Shown here in pieces: positions 1-12,273 of a DNA stretch of 64,000 nucleotides (position 1 is the first letter of the stretch; every line of letters begins with the position of its first letter). The notes below the pieces were generated by a model. The model worked only from the letters and a program-made list of their open reading frames with translations, ran no database searches and was not told the DNA's origin. The DNA lies in NCBI RefSeq assembly GCF_009914755.1, contig NC_060927.1; one strand, written 5' to 3'. The position numbers and the translations under genes were made by a program. This stretch comes from the human T2T-CHM13v2.0 reference genome, Homo sapiens.

Positions 1-135
1 AGTTATGATGTTTCATTTGGTGCTATTGTCATGAGAACATTTTCTTTAATTGCATTTCCTAACTGATTATTGCTTGTACAGAAAAGCTAAGGTATTCATG
101 TGCTAATTTTGTAGCCATTCACATTAGTAAATGTC
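1..135 (-). mobile_element. Old L1 (L1M/L1ME-type) ORF2 fragment
   Basis: ttcctaactgattattgcttgtacagaaaagct...gtgctaattttgtagcc resembles the antisense L1 ORF2 segment 'ttattgctagtatatagaaat...ttgattttgtatcc'. Confidence 0.45.
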
Positions 136-828
136 CTGGGGAAGTACCAATTTGAAACATTCCTCAGTTACCAGGTCATAATGTGTTTGTGGTAAATTTT
201 TACTGTCTTGTGACAAAGTTTCAATAGTTTACTCAAACCCAAAATACAACAGAAATAGAGAATCTTTCTTTTATTGTATCATTCACCAAAAGTGTCTCTG
301 ATTCAAACTTAGTAAATCTACTTTATCTTTGTATAAAACAAAGATATATACTTTGTCATAGATATATGCTATGCTTTCACAGATATATGCTATGACATGA
401 TGGAAGAAATAATTCTGCTTATGGACCTTTTGGGGAGCTTGTGCCTTTCAAGGTCTGCATTTTACAAAATATATGGAAGAGTTTGAAGTTGGCAATTTAT
501 TTTAATGTGGTCATAAAGCTAGATTGTAGAACATTGCTGAAGTTTCACATTGAGCAGATTCCATAGACCAAGACCTTTTTGGAATTAAAGGACAGTTTGA
601 GACTCAACTTGCTGACTTGTTCTGGCTCAAAAACTATACCTCTTTACTGATAAAACTACAATTTTTACTGAACAAAGTAAACCTGAAGGCAGAACACTAT
701 TCTCAATCTGCAAAGAAGTAAGGGTGTTCAGATTCCAAATGAATCTATAAAGCAAATATCAATTTTTATTCTTCACTGGTAAAAAACTCTAAGCTCAATG
801 GAATTACACTTACGTAAGGATTGCAGAG

Positions 829-1392
829 TGTATTACTGAGGGTTCTCCAGAGGGACAGAACTAATTGAATATATGTTTATATTGAAAGGAGTTTATTAAG
901 GAGAAGTGACTCACATGATCACAAGGTGAAGTCCCATGATAGGCCATCTGCAAACTGAAGAGGTAGGAAGCCGTTAGTGGCTCAGTGCAAAAGCCTTAAA
1001 AGTGGGAAAACTTGACAATGCAGCCTTCGGTCTGTGGCCAAATTCCTGAGATCCCTGGGCAGACCACTGGTGTAAGTCCAAAAGTCCAAAGGCCGAAGAA
1101 CCTGGAGTCTGATGTCCAAAGTAAGGAAGTATCCAGCATGGGAGAAAAATCAAAGCCAGCAGACTCAGCAAGTCAACTTATCCCTTCTTCTGCCTGCTTT
1201 GTTCTAGCCGGGTTGTAGCTGATTGGATGGTGCTGACCCACATTGACGATGGGTCTTCCTCTTGCAGTCCACCAACTCAAATGTTCATCTTCTCTGGCAA
1301 CACCCTCACAGACACACCCAGAAACAATACTTTACCAGCTATCTAGGCATCCTTCAATCTAATCAAGTTGACACTTAATATTAACCATTGCA
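829..1392 (-). mobile_element. Solo ERVL LTR, MLT2A/MLT2B family
   Basis: Starts tgtattactgagggttctccagagggacagaac, ends caagttgacacttaatattaaccattgca (reverse complement of the MLT2 5' end); TG...CA termini; near-TSD cagag (824-828) / cagaa (1393-1397). Confidence 0.9.
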
Positions 1393-1629
1393 CAGAACTA
1401 CTTACAGGAAATGAAACCACAAATTTACAAGTAAAAGTGTGTAAACAAATACAGTTATGGCTGCCTTTGGAGTGCAAGCTTCAGGATGTTTCTGAAATAT
1501 GTCTTGGCTTTGCAGTTAGCACTTACAACTAATATATTATATATATTTTGCTTATTTATTTTGTTTATTACTATTTTCCATTTTAACATTAGCTCAATGA
1601 TTTTCATCTGGTTTTTAAAAATTCTATCT

Positions 1630-1710
1630 TCTCAGTACCAGATAATACCTAGCTTCCAGTAGGCATTCAATATGTATTTACTGACTGAATAATTCAATAG
1701 ACAAATGAGA
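1630..1710 (+). mobile_element. L2 3' tail fragment
   Basis: cagtaggcattcaatatgtatttactgactgaataa matches the L2 3' end motif. Confidence 0.5.
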
Positions 1711-2098
1711 TTGGAAGGTGTTTGAACTGAGACTGAGGTATCCACAACAGAAAGGCATATTATCTGTTGTTCTTTGGATGTGAGTATTGTGAGCTTTAAA
1801 GTTGTAATTCTACTAGATTCTGTGGAAGAACATTTTCTTTCACAAAATGAACTGAAGGTGAGAGTCACCATTAGTTGTGAAAATTTTGAGTTAGAATTGA
1901 TGTATCTTAGTTGGAAGAAAAAAAAAAAACCTGGAAAGAAATAGACCAACATTGACAGTAAAATGGATTGTGTGATTTTTTTATGCTCCTTCTTACTTTT
2001 CTGTATTTTACAAATTTTCAACAACAAAGATGAACTACTTTTGAAGACAGAACAAAAACAAAAAAGAAGTGGAAAACTATTGTGCCATTAAATTTGTT

Positions 2099-2400
2099 GT
2101 TGCTGTTGTTGTTTTGTGTTTTTTTGAGACAAGGTCTTGCTCTGCCCCCTAAGCTGGAGTGCAGTGGTGCGATCATGGCTCACAATATCCTTGAACTCCC
2201 AACTCAAGCGATCCTCCCACCTCAGCCTCCAGAGTACCTAGGACTATAGGCATGTGACACCACGCCCAGCTAATTTTCTTTTTTAGAGATGGGTTCTCAC
2301 TGTGTTGCCTAGGCTGGTCTTGAATGCCAGGCCTCAAGTGACCTCCTCCCTCAGCCTCCAAAAGTATTGGGATTACAGGCATGGGCCACCACACCTGGTT
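2099..2400 (-). mobile_element. Alu (AluJ-type), full dimer
   Basis: gagacaaggtcttgctctg...gggattacaggcatgggccaccacacctgg; (TTG)n-derived tail; TSD ccattaaatttgtt (2085-2098) / ccattaagtttgtt (2401-2414). Confidence 0.95.
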
Positions 2401-2624
2401 CCATTAAGTTTGTTAAAAAGCAGCATCTTACTAGTAATTAATATCAGAATATATGAATTAGAAGTAAAAGATGTATAACTGCACACTTAGGCACACATAA
2501 AATCAAACCACGTTTTCTTCTGTTTTGAATATAACTACTGAAAAAATCTATATTTGAATAAATGACATATTCTTCTTTCCTTGTGTTATTAATAGTGGTT
2601 CCATGGCATCCCATCGACATATAG

Positions 2625-2774
<150 letters not shown>

Positions 2775-3649
2775 TAGATTTTTGAGTATAAGTTTAATTA
2801 TTGAAATAGTTTTGACTATATGACCTTTAAGTTACCTTTGACTCTTATTCTCTGCCACACTAAATTGGGCTTTATTTACATCAAAGGATTGTGAAAACTA
2901 AATAACGTGCAGATATATTTTCATACATGAGAAGACACTCTAAATTATAAAGGCCCACATACGTTAAATAATATTATTTATTAATTATCGGAAAATTGGT
3001 TGGAAGAATACCTCCCAGGACCTAGTCTAGTTCTCTCAGCCTCCCCGTTGGTGGCTGTTTTCAACTTGGAGGGAGCTGGGTGGAATCTTTACTTGTCTGG
3101 GAATAAACGGGAATAAGGGAACACTTTTTTCCTGTGCTGTGAGGCATCAGTCTGTAGGACACAGTTTAAACAGAGGAGACTCCAGGCCCATAACATATGT
3201 AAATGCCTGTGCCAAGGGAGTAAGACCTGATGGAAAACTTTCCTGGAGTGTGGGGCTGCCCCAGCATGGGTCCAAAGGAGGCATTTCCCTACAAGTTTGC
3301 TAACTTGGGAAAACTCCCAGCTAAGGGAACCCAAATCAAGTTTGTCTCTTCTGGAATGATACTGGTTTGCGTTCTGTTCAGAGGCCTGCCACCCCAAATT
3401 ATTGAGATCGTGGAGGGCATTCGATGGCCTGTTTTATCGTGTAGGCTCCATATTAATAACAAGAGGAAGGTGGGTGTGTCCTAGCATCCAAACAAATTAT
3501 CATTTGTTATTAAATTAGCTAATATTAAAATAAAATTTTAATAAGAATAAATTACTATTATATTATTACTAGTGCTTATTACTATTAAAGCTGCTTTTTA
3601 TTCTTATTTATTTTTTCTTATACATGTTTTTCAAGTTTCTATGTAATGC

Positions 3650-4190
3650 TTACATAATAAAATGAAATATTAATGCAAGTTACTTATAAGACATTTAGAA
3701 AATGCAGGCAAGTAAAAGGAAGAACATTGAAATTATTTGGAATCCTGCTGCTTGGAGATAAGCATGGCAAACATTTTAGGATCAGATCTTCCAGATCAGG
3801 GAGGATTCCTTAAATTCTTTAAACAAAAATGGTCTTATGCTCCACGTACTATAGTCACCCTGTTCTTTTGCTTATAAAAAAATACTGTGAGCATTTTCTT
3901 ATACTAATAATGTTCTTCATATGTAACATATCAAAAACTGCATATCTAAGGCTTTTCATGCATATTAACTAGTTAGAAAAGTTGAATGTGTCCACACTCT
4001 GATCAGTGGTGTAATCCAGTGCCCAGTCCCTCCCTCACTCTCATGTCAGCCTTCCCAACATCAGCAACTATAATAATTGGAAAATCTTGGTCAGTAATGG
4101 TATCTAATTATTGTTTTAACTGGTATTTTGTTAATGACTAATAAGATTGGTCATTTTTCCCCAAAAGGTTTATTGAGCAATTGCCTTTGC
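3650..4190 (-). mobile_element. Degenerate L1ME-type 3' fragments
   Basis: aatggtatctaattattgttttaactggtatttt...gactaataagattggtcatttttc...tttattgagcaattg resembles old antisense L1 3' sequence. Confidence 0.5.
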
Positions 4191-4339
4191 CAGGATTGCT
4201 TCAAGATTCTATAGCAGTAGAGTAGTGAGAGTGGCATCTATGTGGTGGAATGAGTTTTTATATGTAAATGTTTAATATTCAAGTTGTACTATCTCTAAGC
4301 TCAGTCTCTTTTAACACATGTATACTCACTAAATCTGCC

Positions 4340-4930
4340 TTCTTATTCATTAACACATTTACTGATGGTCTACTCTATGGCAAGCCTTGTTCTGGGTGCT
4401 GGTAATATAACCAAACAAAATTGACAAAGTGTCTGGTGCATACATTCTAACGGGGAGAGACAAACAACAACAAAGAAAGAAAGAAAAAACAAGGTGAGAT
4501 ATTGCTGTAGTGGAACACAGAACAGAGTATGGGGGTTACAGAGTGTCGGAGTGGGAAGGAGGTGCTGTATATTACTGGGGGATCAAGGAAGACCTCTCTG
4601 ATGAGATGATATTTGGGCAGAGACCCAGATGAAGCAAAGAATGAGTGGACCATGCAGATGTCTGGAGAAGACCATTCCAGATAGAAGGACCAGAAAGTGC
4701 AAAGTCCCTGAGGCAGTAAAGTAGTTGTTTTGATGGGGGAGTGGCTAGAGCAAAATGAGAGGTCTTAGAGACAACAATGCAAGATGAGATCAGAGAAATT
4801 GAGGGGTAGTGGAGGGCTGTTCACATAGAATCTTGTAGGCCGTATCCAGGGAGGACTTCAGATGTATTCTGAAGGAGCCCAGAGAGGAGACAAGGAGACC
4901 AGTAGGAAGCTACTGCAATGGTCCAGAGAG
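4340..4930 (-). mobile_element. L2 (L2a-like) 3' region
   Basis: ttcattaacacatttactgatggtctactctatggcaagccttgttctgggtgctgg...tcaaggaagacctctctgatgag...gaagaccattccagatagaagg. Confidence 0.85.
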
Positions 4931-5594
4931 CAGTCAATAGTGTACATAGATATAAGCCATTTCTCCTTTATAAGCCTGCCCTTCTCTGTCAAGCTGAAGC
5001 CATTGCCCACCTCTGGTGCCACCCAATCCCTCTCCTCCTGTGGCCAGATCATGGGTAGATATGAAAGAGGTGGAGTGGGTGCCTCCTATGAGGTCTGTTG
5101 GGTGCTAAGAGTCAGTGTGACAGATAACCAAAATATCTAAGAGTGACAAGGCAGGATTAGTGGGTGTCACCCTCAGAAGTCAATTTGACAATCTTGGTCT
5201 AGCACTTATGGGTCGAGAAGAACATGCTGGTAATACTAAAGAAAAAGCAAAACAGAGGCACCATAGACTTCAGTAAGAAGCCTAAAAAAGAAGTGGCAGA
5301 CACAAACATGTAGTGTGTACCAAATCACTTCATATTTAATCTCTGTGATGAAGTACCTGGAAATCTGTAAATGACAGCAAGAAGCAGCTTGACAGGCTGC
5401 TGTGTGTTCTACTTGGCAGTTACAAACTAAGTGGAAGGTTTTCTCAAATCTGAGATGTCACTTTTGAATACAAAAGTAAGCAAAGCGGGTTCAAAGTCCA
5501 AAGTCCAGGCCTCTATCTTATCCATAAACCAAATCAAAGAGCTATTAAACAAGAAGGGCAGAGAGAATAAATGGCACCATTTATTTAGCACTTT

Positions 5595-5716
5595 ATTGTT
5601 CTAGAGTGTAAACTTCATGAGGCTAATGATATTTTACTCACTCCTATGCCCCCAATTTGGGAAACTGTGTGTGCAACACAGTAGGTACTCAATGAACAGT
5701 CTTTATATGGATGAAT
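5595..5716 (+). mobile_element. L2 3' tail
   Basis: ctagagtgtaaacttcatgagg...cacagtaggtactcaatgaa. Confidence 0.6.
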
Positions 5717-5825
5717 TTTAAATTCCTTTGGGTTATATGTATATTCTTGTAAGCCTAGTGAGGATGAGATTACATTTTATTTCTTCCCATCTTTTTCTCC
5801 TCTCCTTATTTCTCTTCCATGTTAC

Positions 5826-6283
5826 TGTAACAGATGCCATCAGCGACCTGCCCGTATCGCCTTGCCCCACCGAGAAGTCAGGCCACAGACAGTTCCTGTA
5901 TATAGCAGTGCTTCTTTTGGCTTCTGTCTGTAGGTGTTTTCTCACCACAGAAGAGTGCTCAGCCCTCTGGAAGTTCTCTAAAGAGTTAGATCTCCCAGGG
6001 GTGATCATCTATCAATGAAAGATGGGAATTGGTAAACAACTATTCCAGATTCCTTGCTTCTCAGTGGAATAATTCTGAGGTGCATTCTACAGTTTCTCAG
6101 AAGGAATCGAGCCCCAGTTATTTGCAATGGTTTCTCACTCATTAATGCATCTTTATGGCTTTACTACTTTCCGTATCTGAGGTCATCACTTTATCACTAT
6201 TTCCTGGGACCACTTCCTAAATAAACTATATACACCCAAATCCTTATATCAGGGGCTGCTTTGGGGGAAACCAAACTAAGACA
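5826..6283 (+). mobile_element. Solo ERVL LTR, LTR16 family (LTR16C-like)
   Basis: Starts tgtaacagatgcc, ends ttcctgggaccacttcctaaataaacta...gggctgctttgggggaaaccaaactaagaca; near-TSD gttac/attac. Confidence 0.8.
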
Positions 6284-6319
6284 ATTACCTACAATGCTTA
6301 GAAAAGCTGTCCATAGGCG

Positions 6320-6392
6320 GTTCTTGTGATGATTGAGGGAGATAATGCAAATCAAACATTTAGCACAGTGCTCAGGGAGTAAATGCTCAGCT
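6320..6392 (+). mobile_element. MIR fragment
   Basis: ggttcttgtgatgattgagggagataatgcaaatcaaacatttagcacagtgc. Confidence 0.6.
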
Positions 6393-7169
6393 CTCAGCCA
6401 CCATTGCTGCTGTTGGGGGTGCCCATTAAGTATTTATGCATGATTAATTTTGGGGGAGGAATTTTGAGGAGGAATCAAAACAAAGACCAATGGGTAACCA
6501 CAATAACAACAATAATGGTGGCAATTTATGAGGAAAGACAGAGGCAAAGATCGATGACAAAGCTAGGAAAAATGGTGTCTATACTAGGTGTTAATCTGAG
6601 TGGCACCAATAGCATAAGAAGGAAGACTTCACCCTGGGCACCAATGAGTAGAGCTTCCTGTATTTTCAACAGAATTGATGAAAGCCTCATAGCTAGCTAG
6701 AGTATAAAGATATTTACATTCAAATGGCAAGGGCTCTATTAATACAATCCTGGAGAGAAGGGTCAAAAATTTGACTCCCTTTGAAGGAACAGAAAGATTC
6801 CATAGGTCTCATTAAAGTGGAGCAAGGTGGTCCAGTCTCAGGTAAGTGTAGATGGAGAACAGGAAAGCAAAGGGAGCTAGAATGCTGAGGTTGAGAAAAT
6901 CAGAAAAAGGTGAACTGCAGAGCTCTGCACCCAGAAAGAAGCATTTAAATCTTTGCCTTTTTGATATTGTATATTAAATGCTGTGTGAGTGACACTTGTG
7001 CTAACTGTATCTGAAAGAGGTCAGAGCTCATAGGGGAATTTTGCCATTAACTCTAAGCAGTGGCAGACCATTGGGATTATACTATAATGTCAACAAAGGT
7101 AAATGGTGCTAGTAATTTTTTTCAGGACTGAGGCTTGTGCCTGACAGTGTTTGATTCTGTAGAATGCTC

Positions 7170-7280
7170 AAAATTGGAAGTCTCTTTGAGGCACAGATAG
7201 TGTCCTATTCACTTTTAGATTTCCAGTGTCTCTCATTGTGCCTAGCATGGAGTAGGTGGTCAGTAAACATACGTAGAAGA
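7170..7280 (+). mobile_element. L2 3' tail
   Basis: ctttgaggcacagatagtgtcctattcac...gtgcctagcatggagtaggtggtcagtaaacat. Confidence 0.6.
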
Positions 7281-7368
7281 AGGGAAAAGAAAAACAAAAT
7301 CAGTGACATCGAGGTAGGAATGGAGAGAGAAGAAGAAATTAGTAAGTCCTCAATAAATGCCATAGTCT

Positions 7369-7403
7369 ATCGCTTCTCGGTCTTTTGGCTAAGATCAAGT
7401 GTA
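7369..7403 (+). pseudogene. 3'-truncated U2 snRNA retropseudogene (U2 nt 1-35)
   Basis: atcgcttctcggtcttttggctaagatcaagtgta is 34/35 identical to the U2 5' end ATCGCTTCTCGGCCTTTTGGCTAAGATCAAGTGTA; flanked by aatgccatagtct (7356-7368) / aatgccacagtct (7403-7415); no poly(A). Confidence 0.95.
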
Positions 7404-8044
7404 ATGCCACAGTCTGGGTTGGGTGAGCAGGTACCAGTGGTACCAGGTTGGCTGCTTTTTCCTCCACTCTGCTGGTTGGGGCAAAAATAAACCAGAGGTT
7501 CTCACTGATGTGGTTTCTTGTTAAACCACCACTATGATATACAGCTCATCCTGACCTGGTGAAGTTATGTCTTCTCACCTACTTTTTATGAAAGATGGGA
7601 TTCCACAATTGGAGAGAGGATGTGAAGTAGGACAGGAAAGGAAATGTACATACTCTTGTCCATATGGAAAGGAGGCCTATGGCCAAATTAATCAATAAAA
7701 CATTTAGGTGTGGAGCCCAGGCTCGAAGGGGCATCCGGAAAACAGGACTATGTGAGAGTTTGGATTCATTCTGACTCCTACGAGGAGACATTCTCCTACT
7801 CACTTTGGTCCCTTGGATTCCAAGTGTGTCTTACGGGTAATTACAGCTCATAAAGTGAGTCTCTTGTTTTATCAGTGCGATACTGTTGGTGAAAGTGCAG
7901 ATACCTAACATGTTAATAAAGTTACCATCACATTTTATTTCTTGAATTTAACTCAATGCCTGAAGCCCATATGAGTTATACTTTGATTCCTGTCATGACC
8001 AATCACCTTATGATATTTGACCAAAAGCATGTATATTTTCCCCC

Positions 8045-8190
8045 ATTTTGTTAGTTTTATTTATTTACTTTTTATTTCAATAGTTTTTTGGGGTACAGGT
8101 GGTTTTTGGTTACATGGATAAGTTCTTTAGTGGTGATTTCTGAGATTTTAGTGCACCTGTCACCTGAGCACTGTACACTGTACCCAATAT
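8045..8190 (-). mobile_element. Severely 5'-truncated L1PB-type 3' end
   Basis: tttttatttcaatagttttttggggtacaggtggtttttggttacatggataagttctttagtggtgatttctgagattttagtgcacc is the antisense L1PB 3' terminus; possible TSD ccaaaagca at 8021 and 8196. Confidence 0.85.
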
Positions 8191-8364
8191 ATCATCCAAA
8201 AGCACAATATATCTCTTGATTGGTGTCCCATCTGAACCAGTGAGCAGAAGGAGAAGAGTGGTTCCTGGACTTTCTTGATGTCTACAAAAGTTCATGAGCA
8301 AAAACAGAAACAAAAACCCAGTGATGTCAAGCTCATGTTCTCCCAGTATCAAGGGTGTGGGCTG

Positions 8365-8470
8365 TGGTGATCACTTCTTCTCTGGGCTTCAGTGTCTTCC
8401 TCTTGAAATGAGGTGCTTAGATTATGTAATGTTTGAGGTTCCATCTCAATCTGTTATTCTATGATTCCGA
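8365..8470 (+). mobile_element. MIR/MIR3 fragment
   Basis: tcacttcttctctgggcttcagtgtcttcctcttgaaatgagg...attctatgattc. Confidence 0.6.
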
Positions 8471-8639
8471 TTATATACCAAAATTAGGAGAAAAGTTAGG
8501 TGTCAGGTGCTATGGGAGATTGCATTGTTAAGGCTTTTGCCCCAGCTACCTTGCAGAGGAGAGGTTTCAGAAAGTTTTGCATTGTGTCTTTCTGAATCAT
8601 TCTACTTTTAGTACCTGTGGTAACTGAGTAATTCAATGA

Positions 8640-9500
8640 TTTGTCAATTAACTTTGCTTATGCCCCTTCAGCTGTAAAATCATTTTAATTTCTTTTTAAA
8701 TTTTGTGTTCATAGGATCAAGAACAATACATTTAGAAAGGCTTACTTACTCTAAGATTATACAAATATTCTCCTATGGAATTTTTCTATAGTTTTTGGAT
8801 TTATTTTTAAATATCTAAATCCTTAATGCATCTGAAATTTATTTTTGCAAATGGTGTGAGTCAGGAAATGTAACAAATTTTCTTTCCAACTTGGCCCACT
8901 ATTTCTTGGCTATTTGATAATTTATCCTTTTCCCCACTGATTTGAAATACTATTTTTATCCTATACAAATTCTCATAAAAATGTGACTCTTTTAATTTCT
9001 ATTTTCTTAATATTAAATTTGTAGTGGATAATGTCGGTATACCTCCTAGATCTCTTAGATCCCTTTTAATGTTTGTTTTGGAGTACTTTGGACAGAGGTG
9101 TTTGTGAGTTTTGTACCTCTTAAGGTATAATCCCAATGGTCTGCCACTGCTTAGAGTTGTTGACACCTCTCTGTTTCTCTCTCTTCTTCCCTCTCCAAAT
9201 TTAACCAGTCCCAAAAGGGTTGGGCATTTAAATTGTTTTTAGTGTTTGTCTGTAAAAAAAAATGCTGCAATAAACATATTCACGGCATACTTTTGGATAT
9301 TTCACTCACATATATTTCTGGAATAAATTCCTAGCAATGGCACTGCCAAACTTCCTGCAGTTTTTTTTTTTTACACTATCACATATTGTAATTAACAGTG
9401 ACTATTTTTTTTTTGGCAGCTTCTCCAACATTGGTTTTATAAAAACTAGCATTTTTTGACAAGTTGGAGGATTTATAGTCTATTATAGCTTATTTATAGT
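8640..9500 (-). mobile_element. Degenerate L1ME fragments
   Basis: aagattatacaaatattctcctatg...ttaatgcatctgaaatttatttttgcaaatggtgtgag; aatgctgcaataaacatatt...tttctggaataaattcctagcaatgg. Confidence 0.6.
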
Positions 9501-9519
9501 TCTTTTAGTATATGCTGGT

Positions 9520-9971
9520 ATCATGGAGTTAGTTAATTCTCCAATGAAATTCATGCTTTCCTTTTCTTCTGAATTATTCCTTAGATGTGGCTGGCCAGGG
9601 AGGCCTATTTTCTACCCCACTCCCTCACCCTTTTTGTGTCTAGATGCAGCCAGATGTCTAGTTCTTGCTAGGGGATTATGAATTAAAGTGATGAATGACA
9701 TTTACCAACTAAGACTTTCAAGAAATAGTGTGCTTTTTCTCATTTCTTTCTCCTTCTGCTGGTAGGATGCAGAAGAAGATCAACCTAGGACTGGCAGGGT
9801 CACAGGATGGAAAGGGCCTGGGTACCCAAATCACCACCTGGAGGAAAGCCACTTACCAACCCAGAATACTCACCTTCTACTGTTACATAAATAAGAAACA
9901 AATATTATATTAAGCCACTGAAATTTGAAAGTTTATTTGCTTTAGGTGCCAACATTACTCTTATGAATATA
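9520..9971 (+). mobile_element. MaLR LTR, MLT1I/J-like
   Basis: gatggaaagggcctgggtacccaaatcaccacctggagg...aataagaaac...ttaagccactgaaatttgaaagtttatttg. Confidence 0.7.
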
Positions 9972-9989
9972 GGTTACTTTGTAAATTAA

Positions 9990-10311
<322 letters not shown>

Positions 10312-10987
10312 TAAAATTTGTTTCTTGATTTATTATTTTGAACATTTATTTTTCACCCCACTATGAATGATGAGTGAATTGGTACACTTATGTTCCTCTT
10401 ACCTCCCTAACCTTACCATCTCTCTATTTTTATCAGTATTCTTGTCATTTTCAGGTCTACTATTGATTTATACTTATAGTAGATTTATATTCTTACCTTA
10501 TACTTTAAAATAATAATATATAGATTGATTTCTTGATTTTATTAGAGAGTATCACTTAACTCTGTGATATAAAATACTTGTTTTATACTTGTACTTCTTC
10601 TACCTCTATTTTCTTTTTTTGCTTTCTTATTTTAGCTAATTATATTTTACTTTTACTTTGCTAAAGCTTAAAACTTTTTTAAATTCTGTTCTATAATATT
10701 TATTCCCATAATGAGGTTTATCCTTCTTTTACTGGATTCAAAATTATGGCCAATTATTCAGTTTTTATTTTCCTAATTTTGTTAATTTAATTCAACCCTT
10801 TGTTATCTGAATTTTGTCATCAAATCGTTTTTGCACATTGGAGAAATTCTGTCTCTTGCTGCTAATTTTGAATGACATCATTGTAATGAAGAATTCTGAA
10901 GGCAGTTTTATTTTTCTTTCTTATATTCCATCACTTTTTTTTATGCATGCATTTATGAACTTTTAAAAATATAAGTGACTTCAACAG

Positions 10988-11310
<323 letters not shown>

Positions 11311-11454
11311 TCACTTTCTTTTTTTAATATTAAATTTTCTGAAATTTCTTGTCCCTTAATTTAAGTCTTCCATCATTTTGGGAATAACTTCTTACATAAA
11401 TATTTTTCAATTCCATTAGTTGTAGTCTCTTTTTCATGAAGCAAATTGTATGTA

Positions 11455-11775
11455 CGGTTCACCCTTCATATCCATTTATGCAATTCAACCAACTGCAGAT
11501 CAAAATATTTGGAAAAAAACAACAATAAAACAATAAATAATAATACAAATAAAAACCAATACAGTATGACAAGTATTAATATTTACATAGCATTTATGTT
11601 GCATTCAGTATTCTAAGTGATCTAGAGATGATTTAAAGTATACAGGATGATATGTGTGGGTTGCACATACTATGCACATACTATACCATTTTATATAAAG
11701 GACTTGAGCATCTGTGGATTTGGGTATCCATGGAGGAAAATGGTCCCTGAAACCAATACCCTGCAGATACTGAGG
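11455..11775 (-). mobile_element. MER2B-like TcMar-Tigger MITE
   Basis: aattcaaccaactgcagatcaaaatatttgg...gatctagagatgatttaaagtatacagg...ggacttgagcatctgtggatttgggtatcc...gatactgagg; TA at the left end. Confidence 0.85.
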
Positions 11776-11981
11776 AAAAGAAACAAAAGTCAAATGGTTT
11801 TACTTTGCCATAATACCTTAGAAGTTGTTGACTTCTTTCTTAATTTTTTTTAGAAAATCATTCTTGGTAAAGATTTTCCTCTGGAATGTTTTGTTCTTAT
11901 CTAAAAATGTCACCTTTAATAGCATAGTGCACACAAGTCATCAATCTTAATTATGGCTCCATTTCAGAAAACCAAGAATGC

Positions 11982-12273
11982 AGCTGGGCGCAATAGCTGA
12001 TGCCTGTAATCTCAACACTTTGGGAGGCCAAGGCAGGTGGATTGTTTGGGTCCAGGAGTCCGCGACCAGCCTGGGCAACATGGCAAAACCCTGTCTTTAC
12101 AAAAAATACAAAAAGTTAGCTAGGCACGATGGTTGTGCCTGTAGTTCCAGATAGGAGGCTGAAGTGGGAGCATTACCTGAGCCCGGGGCTCAAGGCTGTA
12201 GAGAGCTATGATCATGCCACTACACTCCAGCCTGGGGGATAGAGCGAGACCCTATCCCACCCCCCCCAAAAAA
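11982..12273 (+). mobile_element. Alu (AluJ-type)
   Basis: Dimer; TSD agaaaaccaagaatgc / agaaaaccaacaaagc. Confidence 0.9.

Noticed and set aside
360-394. 14-bp direct repeat agatatatgctatg, 21 bp apart
   Set aside because: Small local duplication with only 7 bp between copies; nothing suggests function.
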